Below, piece by piece: positions 20,166 through 29,789 of a DNA stretch of 64,000 nucleotides. The position numbers and the translations under genes were made by a program. The notes below the pieces were generated by a model, which worked only from the letters and a program-made list of their open reading frames with translations, did not search any database and was not told where the DNA came from. Source of the DNA: Candidatus Latescibacterota bacterium (GTDB taxonomy: Bacteria; Latescibacterota; UBA2968; UBA8231). The stretch is taken from the NCBI GenBank assembly GCA_965206595.1, contig OZ242214.1:224001-288000 (forward strand), given 5' to 3'. How positions within the stretch are numbered: the stretch's first letter is position 1; each line of letters starts with the position of its first letter.

Positions 20166-20945
20166 CTACTGCCCGGTAGGGCGGAAGAGGGCGCGCTGCT
20201 CGTCGCTCATGTCGAGGGCGAAATCCGGCACCTCCGAGCGGTGGTACCCCTGCCCGTGGGCCTGGGCACCGGTGTTGTACTTGTAGATGAGCGAGCGCCG
20301 CTGGTGCTCCCCCTGCCAGACCAGGGTGCCGTGGGTGACCGCCTCGGTGAAGATGACGGCGTCCCCCGGCTCGGTGTGGATCTCCTTCACGTAGTCGCGG
20401 TACTGCTCGTACATCGCCAAGCCCTTCGGTGTCGGGAAATGGCTCTTGTGGGACCCCGGAACGATGGCGAGGCCGCCGTCGCCGGGGCCTTCGGCGGCGA
20501 GCTGGAACTCGACCACGGTGAGGCCGCAGAACATCCGGTCGTACTTGAACTCGTAGGTCTGCGAGAAGTCCTGGCGTTCGACCGCGCCGCCGTGGAGATA
20601 GTGGCCGCCGTTCCCCTTGTCCATGGCGATCAGCAGGGGGCCGTGGTCGAGCCGGGGATTCCCGAGCAGCTCCGACAGCAGGGGCCTGATGCGCGGGTGC
20701 ACGAGCAGCTCGCGGAACGGCTCGCACCAGGGGCGCTCCCAGGCCAGCATCCCGTCCATCCACTTCTGCTTGGCAGTGCCCCCGAGGACCCGGGAGTCCC
20801 CCTCGAGTTTGCGGTCGGTCTCGAAGAAGGTGCCGGCGTGGCGGTCGATGGCCTCGTTGCAGCGCGCGACCTCCTCCGGGGAAAGCACCCCCTTGAGCAG
20901 GAGGTACCCCTTCAGGTCGAAAAGGAATTTTTCGTCGTCGTTCAC
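20166..20945 (-). CDS. PhyH-like Fe(II)/2-oxoglutarate enzyme, H-G-G variant
   Basis: EKFLFDLKGY, YLHGGA, DGGLAIVPGSHKS, PGDAVIFTEAVTHGTLVW...RR. Confidence 0.88.
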   Translation of the reverse strand: MNDDEKFLFDLKGYLLLKGVLSPEEVARCNEAIDRHAGTFFETDRKLEGDSRVLGGTAKQKWMDGMLAWERPWCEPFRELLVHPRIRPLLSELLGNPRLDHGPLLIAMDKGNGGHYLHGGAVERQDFSQTYEFKYDRMFCGLTVVEFQLAAEGPGDGGLAIVPGSHKSHFPTPKGLAMYEQYRDYVKEIHTEPGDAVIFTEAVTHGTLVWQGEHQRRSLIYKYNTGAQAHGQGYHRSEVPDFALDMSDEQRALFRPTGQ

Positions 20946-20964
20946 TGGAGCCCTGTCCCCCGGA

Positions 20965-21744
20965 TCACACCGGTGCGCGCAGCATGGTACGCTGCTCTTC
21001 CGTCATGTCCTGGATGTAGTCGGGGTACGACACCTTAAGGCGGGACAGCTCACCCCCCTGGTACCCGGGGTTGTACCCGTGCAGCAGGGTGCGCCGCTGA
21101 TGCCGGCCGCGCCAGACCATGGTGCCGTGAATGGTGATCTCCGCGAAGATCACCGCGTCGCCCGCCTTGACCTCGACCTCGAGGATCTCCTCCTGGCAGG
21201 CCTCGTAGTCCCTCAGGCTCTGCGGGATCGGGTAGTTGGCCTTGTGCCCGCCGGGAACCACCGCCAGGCCGCCTTCGCCCGGACCCTCGTCGGCGAGGGG
21301 GAACTCGACCAGCAGGAGGCCGCAGTAGATGTTGCCGAACTTCGCCGAGTAGGTGTACTCGAAGACCTGCCGGTCGACGCGGCCCCCGTGCATGTAATGG
21401 CCGGCGCATCCCGGATCCATGACGATGAGCCGCGGCGGCCCGGAGATGCGGTAACCGGAGCCGAGCAGCCCGGTGAGGTAGGGCTTGACCGCGGGCTGGA
21501 CCATCAGCTCCCGGAACGGCTCGCAGTGGGGTTTTTCCCAGGCGATCATCTCGTCGCACCACTTCTGCCTGACCCCGCTGGTCAGCGCCTTCGAATCCCC
21601 CTCGAATCGCCGCTCGTGCTCCTCGAGCTCGTCGAAGTGATGGTCTATGGCGCGGTTGGCGCGGGCGATGATGTCGGGATCGACCACGTCCCTGAGGACG
21701 AGGTATCCGGTGAGGTCGAAGAGGTATTTTTCGTCGTCGGTCAT
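20965..21744 (-). CDS. PhyH-like Fe(II)/2-oxoglutarate enzyme, H-G-G variant
   Basis: EKYLFDLTGY, YMHGGR, EGGLAVVPGGHKAN, AGDAVIFAEITIHGTMVW...RR. Tandem paralog of 20166. Confidence 0.88.
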   Translation of the reverse strand: MTDDEKYLFDLTGYLVLRDVVDPDIIARANRAIDHHFDELEEHERRFEGDSKALTSGVRQKWCDEMIAWEKPHCEPFRELMVQPAVKPYLTGLLGSGYRISGPPRLIVMDPGCAGHYMHGGRVDRQVFEYTYSAKFGNIYCGLLLVEFPLADEGPGEGGLAVVPGGHKANYPIPQSLRDYEACQEEILEVEVKAGDAVIFAEITIHGTMVWRGRHQRRTLLHGYNPGYQGGELSRLKVSYPDYIQDMTEEQRTMLRAPV

Positions 21745-21956
21745 CGGTCAGTTCCCTCGTGTGCAGAGGATCGCCAAATCTCGCTTCGGCCGCTACTCCG
21801 GGCGAGCGCTCCCAGATCGCCGTGCTTCGGCGCCTTGTCTGTCTCGTTCCCTCCGAGCTGCCCGGCAGCCAGTTGCGGACCATCGACCGAATGTGCAAGA
21901 TGAGTGCCCTGCGCTACCGTACCAGCACGCAACAGAGTAGAAACGGAGGCAGAAGG

Positions 21957-23012
21957 ATGCCGGGAATCGAAGTACTCGACAGCGGCCACGTGGACCGCAG
22001 CGATTCCGCCTTTCCCACGGTGGTGATGCTCGACGACGGCGACCTGGTCTGCGCCTACAGCGTCGGGGGCGGTGCCCACGTGTCCGGGGGCACGCACTGC
22101 TCGCGATCGAGCGACGGCGGCCGCACCTGGTCCTGCCAGGGGACCGTCCTCGAGCCGACGAAAAACCCGCTGACCACCAATCACCTGCGGCTCAGCCGCA
22201 CCGCGAACGGCACCATCCTCGCCTACGGACAGCGGGACCAGAAGGACCAGTCGGGCAAAAGGAGCCGGTACCTGCCCTGCGACCCGGTGCTCTGCCGCTC
22301 CAGCGACGGCGGCCGTACCTGGTCGGCGCCGCAGGTCATCCCCTTCCGGATACCCGGCCCCTACGAGATCTCCAACTCCATTGTCGTCGCCAGCGACGGC
22401 GCCTGGCTGGCGCCGGCCGCTACCTTCCACGAGGGCCGCTACGGCGAGCGAGTGGTCCTGCACGAGTCCCGCGACCAGGGGGCCACCTGGCCGGAGATGC
22501 ACACCGTGTTCGAGGACCCCGAGGGAACGATCGGGTACCTCGAACAGAAGGTGACCGAGTGCGGGCCGGGGCGCCTGCTGGCGGTCGCCTGGGTGCAGGA
22601 CTTCGAGAGGGACACGGACCTCAAGAACCGGTACAGCTTTTCCGACGACGGCGGTCGCACCTGGGACGGCCCCCATTCGACGGAGATCCAGGGGCAGACC
22701 ATGACCCCGGTCTGGTTGGGGGGCGATCGCTTCCTCGTGCTCTACAACCGGCGCTTCGGCGCGCAGAGCGTGCAGATGTGCCTGGTGCGGGCAGCGCCCG
22801 GCCGCTGGGAGCTCGAGTTCGAGGGCACCATGTACGATGGCGGCGCGCGGCTGGAGCTGACCGGGGAAGTCAGCAGCCAGGAGCAGATCGCCCTCATCCG
22901 CTTCGGTTTCCCCACGGCCGTGCGTCTCGGAGAGGAGACCTTCCTCGCCACCCACTGGTGCGAGGAGGAGAGGGTGTGCGGCATCCGCTGGACGCGGCTG
23001 CGGGTGGCGTGA
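21957..23012 (+). CDS. Sialidase-like / BNR Asp-box beta-propeller
   Basis: AFP near the N-terminus; Asp-boxes SSDGGRTW (x2), SRDQGATW, SDDGGRTW; FGFP near the C-terminus. Confidence 0.85.
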   Translation: MPGIEVLDSGHVDRSDSAFPTVVMLDDGDLVCAYSVGGGAHVSGGTHCSRSSDGGRTWSCQGTVLEPTKNPLTTNHLRLSRTANGTILAYGQRDQKDQSGKRSRYLPCDPVLCRSSDGGRTWSAPQVIPFRIPGPYEISNSIVVASDGAWLAPAATFHEGRYGERVVLHESRDQGATWPEMHTVFEDPEGTIGYLEQKVTECGPGRLLAVAWVQDFERDTDLKNRYSFSDDGGRTWDGPHSTEIQGQTMTPVWLGGDRFLVLYNRRFGAQSVQMCLVRAAPGRWELEFEGTMYDGGARLELTGEVSSQEQIALIRFGFPTAVRLGEETFLATHWCEEERVCGIRWTRLRVA

Positions 23013-23345
23013 CCCCGCCGGCCCGCGGGATGGCCCGACTTCCCACCGGACTCTTTCCGGCTCGAATCGCCCCATATGCGGACTGAAGTCGCGGTCGCGC
23101 CTGCCCCGGAGACCGCGTGGCCGGCGAGCTCGGCGAACCGGAAGTGCTGGCCTCCCCAGCGCTGCCGGGTTCCACAGACCGGCAGCGGTTCGCCCCCCGC
23201 GCTTCAAGGCCGAGGTCCTCGCGAGTAGCTCAGGCCGGAGTCCCCAATAAGGAAGTCTCAGGGCCCGTACTGCCAGGACAGGTTTCGCCCCCTTCCTCGT
23301 TTGTCGGTGGTGCCTTTAATTGAGTCCCCGCGAGGGGACAAGCCA

Positions 23346-23798
23346 TTGGAAATTCGAAAGGCCCAGCCAGCCGATTTCCTCGCCGTCGCCGCCCTCGACC
23401 GCGAGGCTTGGAAGCAGGGGGAGAACGCCGAGTTCATCCCCGACGGCGAGCACGCCTGGCGCATCTGGATCGAGCACGCCGTCGTCTTCTGCGCCGAGAG
23501 CGGCGGCCGCGTGGTCGGGGCGGTGGTCGCCTTCCCCTGCACGAGCGGCTCCTACTGCCTGCACAAGGTGTTCGTCGAGGCCGGCCTGCGGGGGCGGGGG
23601 ATCGGCAGCCGGCTGTTCGACCAGCTGCTCGAGGAGATCGACGCCATGGGCCTGCCGGTATTCCTCACGGTTTCTCCGGGCAACGACGCGGCCCTGGCGC
23701 TGTACGAAAAGTGGGGCTTCACCGAACGGCGGTTCGTCGCCGGCTACTACCGCCCCAGCGAGGACCGCTACGTGCTGACGAGACCGGCTAGTGCCTGA
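23346..23798 (+). CDS. GNAT N-acetyltransferase
   Basis: VFV...RGRGIGSRL, LTVSPGN..ALALYEKWGF, YY...EDR. Probable TTG start after GAGGGG. Confidence 0.88.
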   Translation: MEIRKAQPADFLAVAALDREAWKQGENAEFIPDGEHAWRIWIEHAVVFCAESGGRVVGAVVAFPCTSGSYCLHKVFVEAGLRGRGIGSRLFDQLLEEIDAMGLPVFLTVSPGNDAALALYEKWGFTERRFVAGYYRPSEDRYVLTRPASA

Positions 23799-23837
23799 GC
23801 AAGCAGGCACTACAACAACAGGGAGAGCAACGGAGAG

Positions 23838-24845
23838 ATGAGCGAGTCGCGCACCATCAGGGCCGGGGTGCTGGGGGCGGGCAACTTCGCCAACAACCAG
23901 CACCTGCCCAACCTCATGCGCATACAGGGAGTCGAGGTCGCCGCCATCTGCGACGTCGACGGGGAGAAGGCGCGCCGGACCGCGGCCGCCTTCGATATCC
24001 CCGCGGTGTACACCGACGGGCACGAGATGATCGACAGGGAGCCGCTCGACGCCCTGTGGTCGATCGTGCCGGCGTACACGCGCACCGACATCGAGGCCAC
24101 CGCGGCCTCGAAGGGGATCCACCTGTTCAGCGAGAAACCGCAGGCGATGACGATGGAGGTCGCCCGCCGCATCGACGAGGCGGTGTGCGAGGCCGGGGTG
24201 ATCAGCACCGTCTGCTTTCGCGAGCGCTACCGGCCGATCTTCATGGAGGCGAAGCGGCTGCTCGCCGGCAAGGAGGTCGTCCACATCCGCTATCAGAACG
24301 TCTCCGGCCTGCCGGCGCCGCCGTCGGAGGAGGCGGGGTGGAGCGCCCAGCTCGACAAGGGGGGGACCTCCTGGTTCGACTGGGGCCCGCACGCCGTCGA
24401 CTACTGCCGCTACATGAGCGGCCTCGATGTCGCCGCGGCGCAGTGCTTCTTCAACCACCCCGGCCGCCATCCGGTGCCGACGTCGGCGTCGTTCAACTTC
24501 TCGATGTCGAACGGGGCGACGATGGCGATGAGCTTCGTCGCCGCCTCGGCCGGCAAGCCCGCGGACGAGCCCTACTTCCTGCTCTACTACGAGGGGGGGT
24601 ACGTCGGCGTCCACAACTACAACCACATCGACATGAACGGCGAGCGCGTCTTCGAGGGAGAGGAGTACAACCCCTGGTTCGAGCTCGACCGCCGTTTCTG
24701 CGAGGCGGTGCGCAGCGGCGACGACAGCGGTCTCCTCAACGACTACCACGACGGCCTCTACTCGCTGGCCCCGGTGCTCGCCGGCTGGGAATCGGCGCGC
24801 CGCGGGGGAGAGCCGATCGACATCTCCGAGTTCATGCAGAAGTAA
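23838..24845 (+). CDS. Gfo/Idh/MocA oxidoreductase
   Basis: GVLGAG..A, AICD, SEKP, DWGPHAVD. Confidence 0.92.
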   Translation: MSESRTIRAGVLGAGNFANNQHLPNLMRIQGVEVAAICDVDGEKARRTAAAFDIPAVYTDGHEMIDREPLDALWSIVPAYTRTDIEATAASKGIHLFSEKPQAMTMEVARRIDEAVCEAGVISTVCFRERYRPIFMEAKRLLAGKEVVHIRYQNVSGLPAPPSEEAGWSAQLDKGGTSWFDWGPHAVDYCRYMSGLDVAAAQCFFNHPGRHPVPTSASFNFSMSNGATMAMSFVAASAGKPADEPYFLLYYEGGYVGVHNYNHIDMNGERVFEGEEYNPWFELDRRFCEAVRSGDDSGLLNDYHDGLYSLAPVLAGWESARRGGEPIDISEFMQK

Positions 24846-24873
24846 CCGACGAAAGACGAAAGGCAGCTATCAC

Positions 24874-25956
24874 GTGAAGACCATGACGCAGCGGGCGGCC
24901 CTCCGGCCGCACAAGCAGGGACATGCTCTCCAACCCGCCCCGAAGGCCCGCCCCCTGCTCGGGGCCGTCGCCGCCGCGGCGCTGATCCTGATCGCCGGCA
25001 GGGCCGGCGCCCAGCAGTTCACCTGGACGATCCAGTCCCTGTGGCAGGCCGGCTCCATCAACCACGGCGTCTTCGAGCAGTTCTGCGAGAACGTCGCCAC
25101 CCTGACGGGGGGCCGTCTCGCCATCACCCCGGTGCCGGTGGGAACCCTCGTCGCCTACAACGAGACCCTCGAGGCGGTCGGCTCCGGCATTCTCGACGGC
25201 CAACAGAGCGGCCCCGGGTACTCGGCGGGGAAGGACGCCGGCTTCGCCATGCTGTCGGAGTTCCCCGGCGCCTACGAGAACGCCTACCAGATGCAGATGT
25301 GGTTCGAGTACGGCGGCGGCAAGGAGCTGGCGCGCGAGCTCTACGGCCGCTTCAACCTGTACTACATCGGCTCGGTCTGGCACGGCATGGAGTCGATCCC
25401 GTCGAAGAAGCCGCTGCGCTCGGTCGACGACCTCAAGGGGGTGAAGATGCGCATCCCCGAGGGGCTGAATCAGGAGATCTTCAAGCGTATCGGCGCGGCC
25501 CCGGTCAACATCCCGGGCAGCGAGGTGTACACTTCCCTCGACCGCGGTGTCATCGACGCCACCGACTGGGGGACCCTGGGGATGAACGTCGACCTCGGCT
25601 ACCACAAGATCGCCCCCTACCAGATCTACCCGGGGTTCCACTCTCTGCCGATGGGGGACGTGGCGGTCAACATGGACCGCTGGAACGAGCTGCCCCCCGA
25701 CATCCAGGCGATCCTCGAGGCCGCGGTGCGCGACTTCGCGCGCCAGATGATCCAGGAGATGGCCGAGGCGGACGCCGCCGCGGCCCAGACCGCGAGGGAC
25801 CAGGGGGTCGAGCTGGTGACCTGGGACAGGGAGGAGCGCCGCCGCTTCCGCGCCATCGCCACCGAGGTGCTCAAGGATTTCGCGGAGCGCAGCGAGATGG
25901 CACAGCGGATTTACGACTCCCACCTCGCCTATCTGGCCAAACTGGGGCTGATGTGA
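24874..25956 (+). CDS. dctP: TRAP transporter substrate-binding protein DctP
   Basis: Signal peptide, TGGRL.I, DLKGVKMRIP, EVYTSLDRGVIDA, W.ELP.DIQ. Confidence 0.92.
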   Translation: MKTMTQRAALRPHKQGHALQPAPKARPLLGAVAAAALILIAGRAGAQQFTWTIQSLWQAGSINHGVFEQFCENVATLTGGRLAITPVPVGTLVAYNETLEAVGSGILDGQQSGPGYSAGKDAGFAMLSEFPGAYENAYQMQMWFEYGGGKELARELYGRFNLYYIGSVWHGMESIPSKKPLRSVDDLKGVKMRIPEGLNQEIFKRIGAAPVNIPGSEVYTSLDRGVIDATDWGTLGMNVDLGYHKIAPYQIYPGFHSLPMGDVAVNMDRWNELPPDIQAILEAAVRDFARQMIQEMAEADAAAAQTARDQGVELVTWDREERRRFRAIATEVLKDFAERSEMAQRIYDSHLAYLAKLGLM

Positions 25957-26441
25957 GCGAGCCCCGGCTGGACCGGGCAGTGCGCGGCATCGGCGAGGCC
26001 ACCAGCCTGGTATTCCTCGCCGCGGTAGCGCTGACCTTCTACGAGGTCGTCCTGCGCTACTTCTTCAACGCCCCCACCACCTGGGTGCACGAGGTCAGCA
26101 TCTTCCTGACCGCGGCCGCCTTCATCATCGCCGGCTCCTACACCCTGCAGCGGAAGGACCACATCCGCATCAGCCTGGTATTCGACAAGCTGCCGGCCCG
26201 GGGACGCCGCCTGCTGACGGTGGTCAATCTGCTGATCGCCCTGTACTTCCTCGCCGCCCTGCTGTACGGGGCCGCGGTGCAGGCGGGCAAGGCGCTGGCG
26301 GTCATGGAGCGCACCGGCACCGCTTCCGACCTGCCGATCCCGGTGACCCTGAAGACCCTTCTCGCAGCCGGGGTGGGCCTGATGATCCTCCAGGGTCTGG
26401 CGCAGCTGGCGCGCGCTCTGAGGGGCAGGGAGGCCGGCTGA
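25953..26441 (+). CDS. dctQ: TRAP transporter small permease DctQ
   Basis: GTG overlapping the dctP stop; YEVVLRYFFNAPTTWVHE, HIRI; four TM helices. Confidence 0.9.
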   Translation: MSEPRLDRAVRGIGEATSLVFLAAVALTFYEVVLRYFFNAPTTWVHEVSIFLTAAAFIIAGSYTLQRKDHIRISLVFDKLPARGRRLLTVVNLLIALYFLAALLYGAAVQAGKALAVMERTGTASDLPIPVTLKTLLAAGVGLMILQGLAQLARALRGREAG

Positions 26442-27760
26442 TGGACATCGGCCTGCTGACCCTCGTCATCGTCCTGGCGATGGCGGCGCTGCTGGTCATG
26501 GGCCTGCCCCTGGCGTTCGTCACCGGGACGGTCGCGGTCACCGTCGGGCTGCTGAAGTTCAGCCCGACCGTGCTCGGCCTCATCGCCAGCCGCATCTACA
26601 GCTTCATGAGCGAGTACGTCCTCGTCGCCGTGCCGATGTTCATCCTGATGGCGTCGCTGATGGAGCGCACCGGCGTCGCCCGCGACCTCTACCGCGCCAT
26701 GCACGTGTGGGCCGGCGGCCTGCGCGGCGGCCTCGCGGTGCAGACCCTGCTGGCGGCGATGCTCATGGCGGCGATGACCGGCATCATCGGGGGGGAGATC
26801 GTCCTCCTCGGGATGATCGCCCTGCCGCAGATGCTGCGCCTGGGGTACAACAAGAACATCGCCATCGGCACCATATGCGCCGGGGGCTCGCTCGGCACGA
26901 TGATCCCGCCGAGCGTGGTGCTGATCATCTACGGCCTGACCGCCAACGTCCCCATCGGCGACCTGTTCCTGGCGACTATCGCCCCCGCCTTCGTCCTCGC
27001 CGGGCTCTACCTGTTCTACATCCTGGTGCGTTGCAACCTCAACCCGACGCTCGGACCTCCGGCGCCGCCGGAGGAGCGGAGCATGCCGGTGCGGGAGAAG
27101 CTCGCCCTGTTCAAGGACCTCGTCCTGCCGCTGAGCGTCGCCGCCTGGGTGCTGGGAAGCATCTACGCAGGCATCGCCTCGGTCAGCGAGGCCGCGGGCA
27201 TGGGGGTCGTCGGCACCGTCGCCGCCGCCCTGGTGCGCCGGGAGCTGTCCTGGAAGGTCGTGCGCGACTCGATCCGGCAGACGATGAACACCTGCGGCAT
27301 GCTGCTGTGGCTGACTTTCGGGGCCACGGCCCTGATCGGCGTGTACAACCTCCTCGGCGGGATGCACTTCGTCCGCTCGGCGGTGACCGGCCTCGACCTG
27401 GCCCCGGTGTTCGTCATCGCCGTCATGATGGGAATCCTCGTGGTCATGGGCCTGTTCATGGACTGGGTCGGCATCCTCCTGCTCACGGTGCCGATCTTCG
27501 TGCCGATCATCTCCGCCCTCGGGTACGACCCGGTCTGGTTCGGGGTGCTGTTCTGCATGAACATGCAGGTCTCCTACCTGTCCCCGCCGTTCGGCCCGGC
27601 CGCCTTCTACCTCAAGGGGGTGGCCCCTCCCGGGATCAGCCTGCAGGACATCTTCGCCGGAGTCTTGCCCTTCATCGCTCTGCAGCTGATCGGCCTCGGC
27701 CTGGTGCTGGCCTTTCCCAACATCGCCCTGTGGCTGCCCCGCCTCGTCTACGGGGAGTAG
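26441..27760 (+). CDS. dctM: TRAP transporter large permease DctM
   Basis: LVAVPMFILM, GGSLGTMIPPS, DPVWFGV, LSPPFG, FP.IALWLP. Confidence 0.95.
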   Translation: MDIGLLTLVIVLAMAALLVMGLPLAFVTGTVAVTVGLLKFSPTVLGLIASRIYSFMSEYVLVAVPMFILMASLMERTGVARDLYRAMHVWAGGLRGGLAVQTLLAAMLMAAMTGIIGGEIVLLGMIALPQMLRLGYNKNIAIGTICAGGSLGTMIPPSVVLIIYGLTANVPIGDLFLATIAPAFVLAGLYLFYILVRCNLNPTLGPPAPPEERSMPVREKLALFKDLVLPLSVAAWVLGSIYAGIASVSEAAGMGVVGTVAAALVRRELSWKVVRDSIRQTMNTCGMLLWLTFGATALIGVYNLLGGMHFVRSAVTGLDLAPVFVIAVMMGILVVMGLFMDWVGILLLTVPIFVPIISALGYDPVWFGVLFCMNMQVSYLSPPFGPAAFYLKGVAPPGISLQDIFAGVLPFIALQLIGLGLVLAFPNIALWLPRLVYGE

Positions 27761-27806
27761 GGCCGGGGTTTCACGGAAGCCCGAAACGGGGCTCAACCCC
27801 GGACCA
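27757..27806 (+). repeat. GTAG-led nested hairpin (REP-like or terminator)
   Basis: GTAG, then a ccggggtt...aaccccgg stem enclosing gccc-gaaac-gggg, between convergent genes. Only one copy seen. Confidence 0.4.
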
Positions 27807-27878
27807 GCAGCTTTTTCGACCCGGGCGGCGCCGGAGCCCTCGCCGTCGCGACGTTGGCAAGTTCAGGCGGCCCCGAGG

Positions 27879-29534
27879 TCACGGTTCCTGTCTCTTGGGC
27901 ATGCGGTAGCCGACGCGTGGTTCGCCAAAGAGGTAGGTGGGGTGGGCGGCGGCGGCGTCGAGTTTGCGGCGGAGTCTCCGCACGAGGCTGCGGATCACGC
28001 GCACATCCCCGGAGTGCGCAGGGCCCCATATCCGTCGCAGCAGCTGTCCGTGGCTCACCACCCGTCCGGCGTTTACCGACAGCTCGAGGAGCAGGTCGTA
28101 CTCGGCCGCGGTCAGCTTCAGCGTGCGGCCGTCCAGGGTCACTCGCCGTTCGGCGTAGTCGACGGTCAGGTCGCCGAGCACATACGGTTCGGCCGGCTCG
28201 GCCCAACTCCCCCCCCTCCTGCTGGCGCAGGGCGGGCCCGGACCCTGGCCACCAGCTCCGTGGGCGCGAAGGGCTTGACGAGGTAATCGGCGGCCCCGGC
28301 TTCGAAGGCCTGTGCGATGACCTCATCCTTGCCGTAGCCGGACAGGAAGATGACGGGAATCTCGGCGATGCGGACGAGGTCCCGCATCAGCTCGATGCCG
28401 TCGGTGCCGGGCAGCACGAGGTCGAGCAGGACCAGGTGGGGCCGGTTTTCCCGCATGAGCAGGAGCGCCTCCTCCGGGTCGGCGGTCACTGTCGATGCGT
28501 AGCCGGCCTGCGTGACGGTCGCCCCCGGCGAGTGCCTGGCGGCGTTGGACAGCAGGTTGTCCAGGACCTGGACGATGCGCCGCCGGTCGGCCCTCACCAG
28601 GGGCAGGTCCGGCGCCAGATCGATGTCGAGGGGGTTGCTTCCTCCTCCATTCAGGAAGGTGTTGCGGGCCCGGTCCACGAGGTCGGCGATCTCCACCGGT
28701 TCGGGTGATATGGGCAGCGTGCCGGTCTCGATACGCGCCACGTCGAGCAGGTCGCCGATCAGCTCGCGCATGGCGTCGGCCTGATCGAGGATGATGCGGT
28801 GGAACTGGCGCATCTCGGCCGGGTCCAGATCGGGGGCGGCGTCCAGCAGCGCCGTCGCCGAGCCTCGGATCGAAGTCAGGGGGAGGCGCAGCTCGTGGCT
28901 GACCATGCCCAGAAGCTCGGCCCGCAGCCGCTCGAGCTCCTCCAGCGGGGTCAGATCCTGCAAAGTCACGACCAACGACTCGACTTCGCCGGCCTCGGTA
29001 TGGATGAAAGTGGCGTTGACCAGCACGGTGACCGAGCGGCCGTCGGGTACCTTCAGGACGATCTCCTCGGCCCGCACCGACTCCCCGCCGCTCAGCGCCT
29101 GGGACGAGGTAGATGTTGCCCACCCCCGCATCCCGGTGACGGATCGGAGCCGTCAGGAAGGAGTTTATCTCGAGGGCTATTGGGAAATTGGGGATGCCCA
29201 CCGACCGGGTGTAGCCGTGAAAGTCGGCTCTCACCGGCTCCGGCAGGTTGCTGAGGTGCTCAAAGACTTCCCTTCCCCGGGGCATCTCCCACAGCCCCTG
29301 GGCCTCTTCGGGTGTCATGCCGGAGGCCAGGAAGTCCTCCAATTGCCCGGACTCATCGAGGGTGGTGATCACCCCGTACCGGGCAGCGGTCAGCGTCCGG
29401 GCGCTGTCCAGGACTCTCTGCAACACCGTGTCCGGATCGAGGCTCTCCTTGATGTGGAGGCTGGCCCGGCTCAGGCCGGACAGGCGCTCCCGCAGAGCCG
29501 CTATCTCCTGATCGCGCGGGTCGGATGGGGTCAT
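27879..29534 (-). pseudogene. Hybrid sensor kinase/response regulator (GAF-PAS-HisKA-HATPase-REC-OmpR wHTH) with two internal deletions and frameshifts
   Basis: GAF breaks at GNIYL (~29110). MVSHELRLPLTSI. QVLDNLLSNAARHSP is joined directly to a mid-REC segment (LVLLDLVLPG...DYLVKPF). The wHTH (LTAAEYDLL...RRLRRKL...EPRVGYR) is in another frame. Confidence 0.85.
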
Positions 29535-29676
29535 CTTCTCTCCTCGGTTGGAGGGAATGCGGTGGTTTCCGGGATCGTCCGGCCTCCGGCTGAGCAGGGC
29601 AACGGGGTGGATGCCCATAATAGGGCGCCAGCCAAGCCGAATTAAGAACCGAAGGACCATTCAGGCAAAAAACCCC

Positions 29677-29758
29677 GCAATATCACCAACATATCACGGA
29701 ATATCACGGAAATCGGCCATAATATCACGGTTTGGGCAATTCTCTTGAGTGATATTGC
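29677..29758. promoter_or_regulatory. Helically phased ATATCAC repeats (4 direct, 1 inverted): candidate transcription-factor operator
   Basis: ATATCAC at 29680, 29691, 29701 and 29722. GTGATATTGC at 29749-29758 is the exact inverse of 29677-29686. Lies in a divergent intergenic region. Confidence 0.6.
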
Positions 29759-29789
29759 AGGTGGCAGATCAACCATCCGGAGTTTGAAT

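Noticed and set aside
12381-27909. Many long overlapping alternative-frame ORFs (e.g. 18475-20763, 15326-17035, 26138-27796)
   Set aside because: They overlap well-supported genes and have the low-complexity R/P/G composition expected at high GC.
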